From Deltaproteobacteria bacterium (GTDB taxonomy: Bacteria > Desulfobacterota > Binatia > UBA1149 > SPBQ01), in the NCBI GenBank assembly GCA_029262375.1, contig JAJCZM010000044.1, positions 41,833 to 105,832 on the forward strand: a stretch of DNA of 64,000 nt, read 5' to 3'. The notes under the pieces were generated by a model, which saw only the letters and a list, made by a program, of their open reading frames with translations, was not told the DNA's origin and made no database searches. Position 1 is the first letter of the stretch. Each line of letters begins with the position of its first letter. The translations under genes were made by a program, and so were the position numbers. Below are positions 50,241 through 59,178 of the stretch, piece by piece.

Positions 50241-51308
50241 TTAGTCCGCTTCCGGGTGCCAAACGAGCTGGGCCTGGACGAGATCCAGGTCGTCGCTGAC
50301 ACCTCCGACGCTATCGTCACCGAAGATCGGATCATCGGCAGAGTCGTGTCGATACTCGACGCGGAAATCGACACCGTCGGTCACCGGCACCGAACCCGTC
50401 ACACTGACACTCCAGACTTTCGTATCCATCGGGGTTACGATGCCTTCGTCATCAGTGAAGTCGAGGCGGATATCAACGCCGACCGGGCCGGCGTCCGTTC
50501 CGACATAGCCGGCAACGTTCCAGAGCTGCATGTCGCTTCCGACCGACGGATCGTCGTTGCGCAGGGTACCTTCGAGGGCCCAACGGATGCCCGTGTCGCC
50601 CGCAGCGACATCGCCGGACAAGATCGTGTTCACCAGGTAGCGGTCCACCGCGTCATTATCTTCAGTGAAGATACCAGACACGTAGATGCTCAGCTCATCG
50701 CTGATGCCGACACCCATCGAACCGATGATGCCCTTCTCGTCGTCGGGATCATTGGAACCGGCCGGCTGGTCCCCAACGGTGAAGCCGTTGACGACACCGA
50801 TCATGAGATCGACGACGTCAGCGCTGCCGCTGATGGTCAAACCGTCGTGGTTGATAGGCTGTGCCTGCCAGCCGCGCGACCGGCTAATCTGAGCATTGCC
50901 CCAGGGCTCGAGTACTTCGTACCCGATTGGTGTAGCGAAACGACCGGCCATCGCGCCGATGCCGTCGAAGTCGTACGTGATGTAGGCGGTCTGCAATGCC
51001 ACGTCGCCGTCCCTCGAGTCGCCGGCCAGAGCCGCGAGATCGCCGAAGTCCAACGATGCGGCGTAACCCACCGCTCCACGCTGACCGCTGATTCCGAGCT
51101 GTACGAGATCGATGTTGAACGACTCGTCCTGCTCCATGCTGCTGTAATAGAGCGCGTTCTGAGAGCTCCCAGAAGGCTCGTTAATGTCAAATCCAATAGA
51201 TGTTGATGCCCCGAAAGAGAAGTTCGGGCCATCATCGTCTGCTAGGGCAGTGCCTGCCGCACCCGCCAGGAAAACCCCAGCTACGATTAGTCCAACCAGT
51301 TTCCGCAT
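50241..51308 (-). CDS. outer-membrane beta-barrel porin (putative BBP2-like)
   Basis: RBS AAGGAGG; signal peptide; LQTAYITY, GRFATPIGYEV, FRVEYRHD, alternating beta strands. Confidence 0.85.
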   Translation of the reverse strand: MRKLVGLIVAGVFLAGAAGTALADDDGPNFSFGASTSIGFDINEPSGSSQNALYYSSMEQDESFNIDLVQLGISGQRGAVGYAASLDFGDLAALAGDSRDGDVALQTAYITYDFDGIGAMAGRFATPIGYEVLEPWGNAQISRSRGWQAQPINHDGLTISGSADVVDLMIGVVNGFTVGDQPAGSNDPDDEKGIIGSMGVGISDELSIYVSGIFTEDNDAVDRYLVNTILSGDVAAGDTGIRWALEGTLRNDDPSVGSDMQLWNVAGYVGTDAGPVGVDIRLDFTDDEGIVTPMDTKVWSVSVTGSVPVTDGVDFRVEYRHDSADDPIFGDDSVGGVSDDLDLVQAQLVWHPEAD

Positions 51309-51434
51309 TCCTTCCTCCTTTTAGTGGAAGGGGTCGCTACGACCCTCTTCCTCACCGCCGCCTGGCTCGGCCGTCACCTTTTCTTGGGAATTCCGCTTTG
51401 GAATCCCCAAACCCCTCGACTGGGGTACCGAATC

Positions 51435-51463
51435 AAGGTGCCGACCAGGGTGGCGGATGTCAA
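51435..51463 (-). promoter_or_regulatory. candidate sigma70 promoter for the porin gene
   Basis: Minus strand TTGACA, 17-nt spacer, CACCTT. Confidence 0.45.
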
Positions 51464-51583
51464 GTTACCCACTAAGTATTTAGCGGCATCAAACAATGAC
51501 ACGGTGCAGCACCCAGAATGAAAGCGCAAATGCGCGCGGCTCACTTCAGCACCACCCCTGACAGCCCCGCTAGCGCCGCCTGG

Positions 51584-51862
51584 CTAGTCTTTGCGACGGA
51601 GCAGCCCACCGATCCCGAGGCAGATGCTGCCGAGGACCAGGCCGATCGGAGCCGACGAGGCGCTGGCGCCGAGTAGCAGCATATGGCGCGGCTCCGCCAT
51701 CTTGAACTCGGTCTGGAACAAAACGTTGTTCGGGTATTTCTCCAACCCGCGCACTGCCTTGAAGTACGCCTCGTCGTTGGACGCGGACTGATAGGCAAGG
51801 AAGCTGCCGGCAATCCCGAGCACGATCAGCACCGTTCCAAGGCATCTCATGTATACAGCCAT
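51584..51862 (-). CDS. small two-TM hypothetical membrane protein
   Basis: 92 aa, two hydrophobic segments, AGGAG upstream. Confidence 0.75.
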   Translation of the reverse strand: MAVYMRCLGTVLIVLGIAGSFLAYQSASNDEAYFKAVRGLEKYPNNVLFQTEFKMAEPRHMLLLGASASSAPIGLVLGSICLGIGGLLRRKD

Positions 51863-51869
51863 AGATTCC

Positions 51870-51899
51870 CTCTCCTGCGCTCTCCTGCGCTCTCCTACG
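51870..51899 (-). repeat. 10-bp tandem repeat x3, each copy containing AGGAG
   Basis: Minus strand CGTAGGAGAG CGCAGGAGAG CGCAGGAGAG GGAATCT ATG. Confidence 0.85.
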
Positions 51900-51913
51900 G
51901 ACGATACGCGCCG

Positions 51914-52957
51914 TCAGAGGTCCCGCCAGAACACGCGAGGGCGTTTGCCCGCTCGCGTCCTGCCTCGCCATTTGCTCGACGGCGCTCGCGAGGACGGCAC
52001 TTCCTCAAACCCCGCGCGTGAGAAGAAGTCGGCCGCACGCTCATTGCTCGTACAGGCGAAAACCGCACGCAGGCCCTCGTTGCGGCCGACGGCTAACAAT
52101 TCATCGACGATACGCAGGCCCACCCCTTCACCCTGAAACTTGGTGATTGTGTACAGGCCTACGATTTCGCCCAACCGGTTGCGTCGATAGCGATGTGTCT
52201 CGAGTGCAGCGATCCCCGAAAGCCGACCTCCTTCGAACCACGCACCGAACCCAGCCAGCAGGAGTCTCGCTCTCTCCGGCGCGGTGCGAGGAAGCAGGAA
52301 CCCTTCACGTTCTCCGCGCGCGAGCAGCGTCAGCGCTTCGTCGAAATCGTCGGCCATCAGCCGCGCGACCTGACAGTAGTCGTCGGCCGTGATCAGCGTA
52401 CCCGCTCCTTCGTAGGTAAATAATTCCTCGGCGAGGCCGGGTGCGTCCGTGAGATTGACGGACCCCACGCCGTCCTTCACCGCAGCGACCAGCCTGCTGA
52501 CCTCCCCTTTCGTCCAGGGAGCAAGCCGACCTGCATCGCGCAACAATCGACTCACGCTCGCCGCGTTCAGGAACGAACGCTGCCCATCGCGACTCAGAAT
52601 CCCGCCCCTCGGATCGACGACCACGAGCTTGCGGACACGAAGATCCAGCGCGAGAGAAACGGATGCCGAAAGGCCGGCCACCCGAGTACGCGCGCCGCCG
52701 CGTTCGGCGAGCGCAACACCACGCTCGACCATCGCTTGTCCGAGCGCCGCAAGCCGCTCATGGCGTCCGCGCGCTCCGCCGACGGCGATCGCGCCGCTCC
52801 CCAGATTCTCGCCGCAAACGAGTAAGTGTGTGCTGTTCTCGCGCAGTTCGGTGACGACGTCGCGAACATCGGCCAATCGATAGTCCGAAGAGAGATGCAG
52901 AAGAATCGCCCGGTGGCGAAACGAGCGCAGGTAAAACTGTTTCTCGGTGGGGTTCAA
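51914..52957 (-). CDS. argA: N-acetylglutamate synthase-like protein (shortened AAK domain + GNAT)
   Basis: AVKDGV..VNL, LAEELFTYEGAGTLI, EREGFLLPR, FQGEGVG, FF.RAGF. Confidence 0.72.
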   Translation of the reverse strand: MNPTEKQFYLRSFRHRAILLHLSSDYRLADVRDVVTELRENSTHLLVCGENLGSGAIAVGGARGRHERLAALGQAMVERGVALAERGGARTRVAGLSASVSLALDLRVRKLVVVDPRGGILSRDGQRSFLNAASVSRLLRDAGRLAPWTKGEVSRLVAAVKDGVGSVNLTDAPGLAEELFTYEGAGTLITADDYCQVARLMADDFDEALTLLARGEREGFLLPRTAPERARLLLAGFGAWFEGGRLSGIAALETHRYRRNRLGEIVGLYTITKFQGEGVGLRIVDELLAVGRNEGLRAVFACTSNERAADFFSRAGFEEVPSSRAPSSKWRGRTRAGKRPRVFWRDL

Positions 52958-53056
52958 TGCGTGCGACCAGAGCTATCGGCAGGTCTACGCATCGGCGTAG
53001 CGACATGCAAGCCGGCCACCTTGCATGGTAGAAGGACGGCCCCTACAAACGAGCGC

Positions 53057-54766
53057 ATGTTGGAGCGCGCGCGAATATTCGCCCCGTTAGGCCTGGTTCT
53101 GCTTCTCGTGGGTTCCGTGCGCGCGGACGACGACACGCGCACTACTCGCGCGAAGCTCGTTGCCGGTTCCGCCGGCGCCGTTGCAGCCGAGCACGGCCTC
53201 GCCTCTGCGGCAGCCGTGGAGATTCTTCGCAGTGGCGGAAACGCTGTCGACGCAGCAGTTGCGGCGTCGCTCGCAGGCTCGGTCGTCAATCCGGCCTCCG
53301 CCGGCCTCGGCGGAGGCGGCTTCATGGTCATCTACCTCGCCGAGGAAGGCCGAGCGCACGCGCTCGACTACAGAGAGTCCGCACCAGCCGCCGCCCATCG
53401 TGACATGTACCTGAGCAACGGTGTCGTCGACTCCGACGCCAGCAAGCGTGGAGGTCGTGCCATTGCCGTTCCTGGAGAACCAGCGGGCCTCGAACTCGCC
53501 CTCGCCCGATTCGGCACGCTGACGACCGCCCAGGTCGCCGCACCCGCTCTTCGATTGGCGAGTGACGGATTCACCGTCGAGCAACATCTCGCGCGTGGCT
53601 TAGCTAAGCACAAGGAAGCGCTTGCAGCCGACCCCACTCTGTCCGCGGAGTTCCTACGCGCGAGCGGTGAGCCCTACGCGGCCGGCGAGCTACTGAAGAG
53701 ACCCGCACTCGCTGCGACCCTCACTGCGTTCGCAAAGTTCGGAGCAAAGCCGTTCTACACGGGCGAGATCGCAGCCAAGATCGTCGAAGCCTCGACACGT
53801 GCCGGCGGTGTGCTGAGCGCCAAGGACCTGTTGCGTTATCGCGTCATACAGCGCCAACCGGTCATCACTTCATTTAGAGACACGCAGATCCTGGGAATGC
53901 CGCCTCCGAGCTCGGGCGGCGGAATCATCGCCGAGGTGCTCGGAATCATCGAACGCGATCACCTCGAAGCACTCGACCACAACTCGGTCACGTACATGCA
54001 TCTCCTCGCCGAATCCTTCAAAGCGGCATTCGCCGACCGCGCTCGGTACTACGGCGATCCTGACTTCGTGAGTGTGAATCTCGACGCACTCAACGCGCCC
54101 AGGCGTCTTGAAGGCATCCGGCGGGGCCTGTCACCGGCAAGCGCAGCGCTGCCCGAAAAGTACGGACGTATCGTAGTGTCCGACGACGCCGGTACGGCGC
54201 ACATCGCCGTAATCGATTCGTTAGGCAATGCGGTCTCGTGCACTACCAGCATCAATACCTCGTTCGGCGCAAAGGTCGGTGCGGCTGGGTTCCCACTGAA
54301 CAACACCATGGATGACTTCAGTCTCCGGCCCGGCGTGGCGAACGTGTACGGATTGGTCGGCAGCGAGGCCAACAGTATTGCGGCCGGCAAGCGACCGCTG
54401 TCGAGCATGTCGCCCACGATCGTGCTCGCCGATGGCAAACCGCGCTTGGCCGTCGGCGCATCGGGCGGCCCACTGATCATTACAGCGACGCTGCAGACGC
54501 TGCTCAACACACTCGTGTTTTCGATGGATGCAGGCGAAGCCATATCTGCCTCGCGCATTCATCATCAGTGGCTGCCCAATCGACTCGTTACAGAAAAGAA
54601 CTTTCCCGAGTTGCGTGCTGCAGGTCTACGCCGACGCGGACACGACGTCGTCGCGTATCCGTTTGCCGCCGCCGTTCAGGCTGTAGAATCCGTCGAAGTG
54701 AACGGGACGCGGGTGACTCGCGCAGCCTCTGACGCGCGCAAGGGTGGCCTTGCTGCGGCGCAATAG
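53057..54766 (+). CDS. ggt: gamma-glutamyltransferase
   Basis: GGNAVDAAVA, GLGGGGF, DYRE.AP, VPG, PPPSSGG, GTAH (catalytic Thr), NNTMDDF, KRPLSSMSP, RIHHQWLP, SDARKGG. Confidence 0.95.
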   Translation: MLERARIFAPLGLVLLLVGSVRADDDTRTTRAKLVAGSAGAVAAEHGLASAAAVEILRSGGNAVDAAVAASLAGSVVNPASAGLGGGGFMVIYLAEEGRAHALDYRESAPAAAHRDMYLSNGVVDSDASKRGGRAIAVPGEPAGLELALARFGTLTTAQVAAPALRLASDGFTVEQHLARGLAKHKEALAADPTLSAEFLRASGEPYAAGELLKRPALAATLTAFAKFGAKPFYTGEIAAKIVEASTRAGGVLSAKDLLRYRVIQRQPVITSFRDTQILGMPPPSSGGGIIAEVLGIIERDHLEALDHNSVTYMHLLAESFKAAFADRARYYGDPDFVSVNLDALNAPRRLEGIRRGLSPASAALPEKYGRIVVSDDAGTAHIAVIDSLGNAVSCTTSINTSFGAKVGAAGFPLNNTMDDFSLRPGVANVYGLVGSEANSIAAGKRPLSSMSPTIVLADGKPRLAVGASGGPLIITATLQTLLNTLVFSMDAGEAISASRIHHQWLPNRLVTEKNFPELRAAGLRRRGHDVVAYPFAAAVQAVESVEVNGTRVTRAASDARKGGLAAAQ

Positions 54767-54793
54767 TCTCGTCTCGCGGGGGGCGGGCAATTA

Positions 54794-54870
54794 GAACGGC
54801 CGCTCACGGCCTACCAACGAACGGCCGCTCACGGCCTACGAACCACCGCTGCTCACAGGCTACGAACCGC
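54794..54870. repeat. degenerate tandem repeat, ~21-25 bp x3
   Basis: GAACGGCCGCTCACGGCCTAC at 54794 and 54819; degenerate GAACCACCGCTGCTCACAGGCTAC at 54840. Confidence 0.8.
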
Positions 54871-54873
54871 CTA

Positions 54874-56178
54874 TCAACCGAAGGGCGGGATCAACGACAA
54901 CGTCTGATCTCGCGCCGGACCGAACGAGAGGATGCCGATCGGCACCCCGACAAGCGCTTCGATACGGGCGATATAGGACCGGGCGTTGTCCGGAAGGTCA
55001 TCCACGCTACTGATGCTGGTGAGATCTTCACTCCAGCCGGGGTGAGTTTCGTAGACCGGCTCGAGTCGCTCGACCATATCGGCAAGCGCCGGTGGCTCGT
55101 CAAGATACTTCCCATCGAGCTCGTACCCGGTGCATATCTGTAAATCGCCAAGGCCCGACAGGACATCGAGTTTGGTTAGCGCGATCGAGGTCACTCCGGA
55201 GATGCGCGTGGATTTGCGCAACACTCCGATGTCGAGCCAACCACAACGCCGCGGACGGCCCGTGGTTGCCCCAAACTCGCTTCCCTCGGATCGCAGTCGC
55301 TCGCCGAGCTCACCGAACTGTTCGGTGGGGAACGGACCGCTGCCGACACGTGTCGTATAGGACTTCGATATCCCGACCACGTGGCCAACCTTGTTCGCCG
55401 GCACACCGCAACCCGACGTTACAGCACCGGCATTCGTGTTCGAGGATGTCACGAACGGATAGGTCCCGTGATCGACATCGAGCATCACGCCCTGAGCGCC
55501 CTCGAACAAAACCTTGGACCCCGCCGTGAGCGCATCGCAGAGATAGCGGGATGTATCGACGATGTGCGGTTGCAGCCGTTTGCCGGCCACCACCAGATCA
55601 CCGACCATCGAGTCGTAGTCCAGCCCCTCGCCACCGAGCATCTCACGCAGGTACGCGTTCTTCTCAGCAAGAATCTCCTGCAGTCGCGCCCGAAAATGCG
55701 ACTCGTCAAGCAGATCGATCATGCGTAGACCGATGCGCGCAGCCTTGTCTTCGTAGGCCGGACCGATACCACGGCCGGTCGTCCCGATCTTTCCTTTACC
55801 GCGTCTACGCTCACGCGCGAGGTCGATGGCTTTGTGGTACGGCAGGATCAGGTGCGACTCTTGGCTGACCAGTAGTTGGCCGGCCTCGAGCATGTGACCG
55901 GCTTCGCGCAGCGCATCTACCTCCGCGACGAGCGCGGCCGGATCGACGACAACACCGCCGCCGATCACACACGTAGTGCCACGGTGCAGCGCGCCGGACG
56001 GCACGAGGTGCAACACGGTCTGCACACCGTCAACGACCAGCGTGTGACCCGCGTTGTTGCCGCCCTGGAACCGCGCAACGATGTCGGCCTCCGCCGACAA
56101 CATGTCTACGATCTTGCCCTTGCCTTCGTCGCCCCACTGTAGGCCGACGACTACAACACTGCTGGCCTCGCTGGCCAT
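54874..56178 (-). CDS. purA: adenylosuccinate synthetase
   Basis: QWGDEGKGK, GGNNAGHT, IGTTGRGIGPAY, EGAQG, GATTGRPRRCGW, TKLDVL. Confidence 0.97.
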   Translation of the reverse strand: MASEASSVVVVGLQWGDEGKGKIVDMLSAEADIVARFQGGNNAGHTLVVDGVQTVLHLVPSGALHRGTTCVIGGGVVVDPAALVAEVDALREAGHMLEAGQLLVSQESHLILPYHKAIDLARERRRGKGKIGTTGRGIGPAYEDKAARIGLRMIDLLDESHFRARLQEILAEKNAYLREMLGGEGLDYDSMVGDLVVAGKRLQPHIVDTSRYLCDALTAGSKVLFEGAQGVMLDVDHGTYPFVTSSNTNAGAVTSGCGVPANKVGHVVGISKSYTTRVGSGPFPTEQFGELGERLRSEGSEFGATTGRPRRCGWLDIGVLRKSTRISGVTSIALTKLDVLSGLGDLQICTGYELDGKYLDEPPALADMVERLEPVYETHPGWSEDLTSISSVDDLPDNARSYIARIEALVGVPIGILSFGPARDQTLSLIPPFG

Positions 56179-56181
56179 AAC

Positions 56182-57768
56182 TCAGTCGAACCGCACCATA
56201 GCGGCGCCGGTGATGTCAGGAAGTTTTCGTAGTTGCTCGAGTTGGCTGTTGTCGAGCGGTGAGTCCACGTGCACGAACGACACTGCCGATCCGCCTACGC
56301 GGCCGAGTGCCAGTCCGGCGATGTTCACCCTCTCACTGGAGAGGAACGTACCGACGTTGCCAACGACTCCAGGAACGTCATTGTTGTTGAGAACGAGAAC
56401 GTGGCCCTCCGGTACGACTTCGAAATGAAAGTCATCAAATCGAACGATTCGGATCACGTCTTGACCGAACACCGCTCCTTCGATGATGTTCGACCCGCCG
56501 GGTCCGTCGAACTGAACGCGAATCGAGTTCGCGAAGCCCGCAGGTTTGGAATCGCGCAAGTCGGTAACTTTGATGCCCCGATCGGCCGCCAATAACGGAG
56601 CGTTCACTGTGTTGACCGGCGGCTCGACGACCCGCTCGAGCAGCCCTTTCAGGACAGCCGCAGTAACCGGTCGCGTATCAACACCGGCTACTTCACCGTG
56701 AAATTCGATCTGGATCGCTTGTGGCGCACGACCGGCAAGCTGCGTATGCAGACTACCGATGCGTTCCCCAAGTCGGACGTAGGGCGTCAACACACCCGCG
56801 TCATCGGCAGAAACAGAGGGCACGTTGACCGCGCTGCCGATCACTCCCGACACGAGATAGTCGCGCACGAGTTCCGCAACAGCGATGGCTACGTTCAGCT
56901 GGGCCTCGCCGGTACTCGCACCGAGGTGCGGTGTTGCTACCACTTGCGGCAGCGACAGTAGAGGACTATCGCGCGCGGGCGGCTCGCTTTCGAAAACGTC
57001 GAGTGCGGCGCCTGCGACAATGCCCTTCTCGATTGCTGCGGCCAGAGCACCCTCGTTGATGATACCGCCGCGAGCGCAGTTCACGACATAGACGCCCTTG
57101 CGCATCTTCGAGAATGCGTCGTCGCCGATGAGGCCGCGTGTTTCGGGGGTGAGTGGTGTGTGAACAGAGATAAAATCTGCGCGCGCAAACAAGTCATCAA
57201 GGCTTACGAGTTCAACGCCGATACGTGTGGCCGCTTCTTCGGTGAGAAAGGGATCGTAGGCGAGCACATCCATGCGCAGTCCACGTGCACGATCGGCGAC
57301 GATGGAACCGATATTTCCCACACCGACAATGCCGAGCGTCTTCCTGAATACTTCGCTTCCGACAAACTCGCTGCGCCGCCACTCGCCTGCGCGCAAACTG
57401 GCGTGCGCCTGCGGAATATGCCGAGCAACCGCGAGCATCATCGAGATCGTATGCTCGGCGGTCGTGACGTTGTTGCCGCCGGGCGTGTTCATGACCACGA
57501 TGCCGCGCTTACTGGCTGCGTCTACGTCGATATTGTCGACGCCGATACCCGCGCGCCCCACGACCTTCAACGAGTCTGCAGCCGCGATCACCTCAGCCGT
57601 AACCTTCGTCCCGCTGCGAATGATGAGGCCATCGTATTCCCCGATGACCGACAGTAGCTCCGCTGGGTCCAGGCCGGGACGGAGATCCACCTGTAGGTGC
57701 TCGGAGCGTTCGAGTATCTCGACGCCTTCCGGCGCGAGCTTGTCCGAAATGAGAACTTTGTAAGGCAC
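56182..57768 (-). CDS. serA: D-3-phosphoglycerate dehydrogenase (with ASB and ACT domains)
   Basis: GRAGIGVDNID, NTPGGN, GVGNIG, NCARGG, TPHLGAST.EAQ, NNDVPGVVG. Confidence 0.96.
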   Translation of the reverse strand: MPYKVLISDKLAPEGVEILERSEHLQVDLRPGLDPAELLSVIGEYDGLIIRSGTKVTAEVIAAADSLKVVGRAGIGVDNIDVDAASKRGIVVMNTPGGNNVTTAEHTISMMLAVARHIPQAHASLRAGEWRRSEFVGSEVFRKTLGIVGVGNIGSIVADRARGLRMDVLAYDPFLTEEAATRIGVELVSLDDLFARADFISVHTPLTPETRGLIGDDAFSKMRKGVYVVNCARGGIINEGALAAAIEKGIVAGAALDVFESEPPARDSPLLSLPQVVATPHLGASTGEAQLNVAIAVAELVRDYLVSGVIGSAVNVPSVSADDAGVLTPYVRLGERIGSLHTQLAGRAPQAIQIEFHGEVAGVDTRPVTAAVLKGLLERVVEPPVNTVNAPLLAADRGIKVTDLRDSKPAGFANSIRVQFDGPGGSNIIEGAVFGQDVIRIVRFDDFHFEVVPEGHVLVLNNNDVPGVVGNVGTFLSSERVNIAGLALGRVGGSAVSFVHVDSPLDNSQLEQLRKLPDITGAAMVRFD

Positions 57769-58925
57769 TAGGCGTTCCTGCTGTATTGTTCGGCCAGGAT
57801 CTTTTGAGCAGCCGCCGGTCCCTTACCGAACTCGACGTCGTGTCCGAACTCGGCGAGTGCCATCTCTACGGCGCTCAATCCGATGATGACGTCGAAGGTG
57901 TCGGCGTAGCCGATGTGCGCGAGGCGGATGATCTTCCCTTTGAGATGCCCTTGTCCACCGGCAACAGTCACCCCCATCACGTCACGCATGTGTTTGGTGA
58001 ACTTACCGCCGTCCACGGATTCGGGAAGCCACACACCGGTCGTCGCCGGACTAGGCGAATCCGGAGCAAGTAACTTCAAGCCCATCGCCACAACGCCCGC
58101 GCGAGTCGCCTCGGCGAGACGCTTATGGCGCGCGTACAGTTCCGGGAATCCACCGCTGTTCTCGATCACACGGTACACAGCGTTGAGCCCGACGATTAGC
58201 GATACGGCCGGTGTGTAGGCGGACGTGTCGTCTTCGAGACTCTTGCGCTCTTTGCGAAGATCGAAGTAGTAGCGAGGCAGTTTGGCCTGATCGGAAAACC
58301 GCCAGGCTTTCGCGCTCAGCGAGATGAGCGCCAATCCGGGCGGCAACATCATCGCTTTCTGCGAGCCCGTGACGAGGACGTCGATCCCTGTGGCGTCCAT
58401 CGGCATGTCGGCGACGCCGACAGACGTGATACCGTCTACGATCAACAAGCATTCGCGATCACGCGTAAGCGCGGCGAGCTGCGGCACGGGATGCAGCACG
58501 GTGGTCGACGTCTCGCTGGCCTGAACCAACACCGCACGCGTATCGGGATGCTCGTCGAGCGACGCGGCGACCGCGGCCGGATCGACGGCAGTCCCCCACT
58601 CGACGTCGATTGTCGAGACAACGAGTCCATAAGTCTCTGCGATCTCTGCCCAGCGTTCACCAAATTTTCCGCCATTGACGACCAGGACTCGGTCGCCCGC
58701 AGACATCGTGTTGGTGATCGCGGCTTCCATGCCACCCGTCCCCGTGGAGGCGAGCATCATGACCGGTCCGTCGGTGCCGAAGAGCTTTCTCGATCCCGCG
58801 GCAGCGCTCGCGAAGATCTCGCTGAACTGCGGGGTACGGTGGTGGATGATCGGCTCGGCCATTGCGAGCAGAGCCTGAGCGGGAACCGGCGTGGGACCCG
58901 GCGCAAGAAGATATCTTTTGAGCAT
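57768..58925 (-). CDS. class V PLP aminotransferase (serine-pyruvate/phosphoserine aminotransferase-like)
   Basis: PGPTPVP, HHRTP, STGTGGME, ETST, VDGITS, GSQKAMMLPPG; coupled to serA. Confidence 0.92.
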   Translation of the reverse strand: MLKRYLLAPGPTPVPAQALLAMAEPIIHHRTPQFSEIFASAAAGSRKLFGTDGPVMMLASTGTGGMEAAITNTMSAGDRVLVVNGGKFGERWAEIAETYGLVVSTIDVEWGTAVDPAAVAASLDEHPDTRAVLVQASETSTTVLHPVPQLAALTRDRECLLIVDGITSVGVADMPMDATGIDVLVTGSQKAMMLPPGLALISLSAKAWRFSDQAKLPRYYFDLRKERKSLEDDTSAYTPAVSLIVGLNAVYRVIENSGGFPELYARHKRLAEATRAGVVAMGLKLLAPDSPSPATTGVWLPESVDGGKFTKHMRDVMGVTVAGGQGHLKGKIIRLAHIGYADTFDVIIGLSAVEMALAEFGHDVEFGKGPAAAQKILAEQYSRNA

Positions 58926-59026
58926 GACAGCGCGGGGGATTCTGCGGGGTTAGTGGATCGAAGAGGCGCTTCCTGGGGTCAGAAACCGCCTGTATTATGG
59001 GCAGTTGCGCAGAATCCCAATCAGCG

Positions 59027-59081
59027 TGTGTATTCTCGGCCTACCCGGATGTCAAGGCGTTTCCCGGCGGTCTTGACATCC
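59027..59081. promoter_or_regulatory. divergent promoter region with a 10-bp inverted repeat (back-to-back TTGACA boxes)
   Basis: GGATGTCAAG 59047-59056, 15 nt, CTTGACATCC 59072-59081; minus strand TTGACA-17-TACACA. Confidence 0.55.
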
Positions 59082-59178
59082 TGCAAAGCGGCAGCGAACG
59101 TGGTGAATGGCGCCGCCGCTACGACTGCGACCAACCCACCGCAGCCGCTGGGGATTCGCTTTCTACATCCATCACTTG

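Noticed and set aside
50160-51206. 348-aa plus-strand ORF antisense to the porin gene
   Set aside because: No motifs or RBS; typical stop-poor antisense frame in GC-rich DNA.
51480-51540. NtrC/sigma54 site upstream of the porin gene
   Set aside because: Only a half-site (GGTGCA), with no properly spaced TGCAC-N7-GTGCA and no convincing -24/-12 element.
54794-54870. possible mini-CRISPR
   Set aside because: Repeats are 21 bp with 0-4 nt spacers and there are no cas genes.
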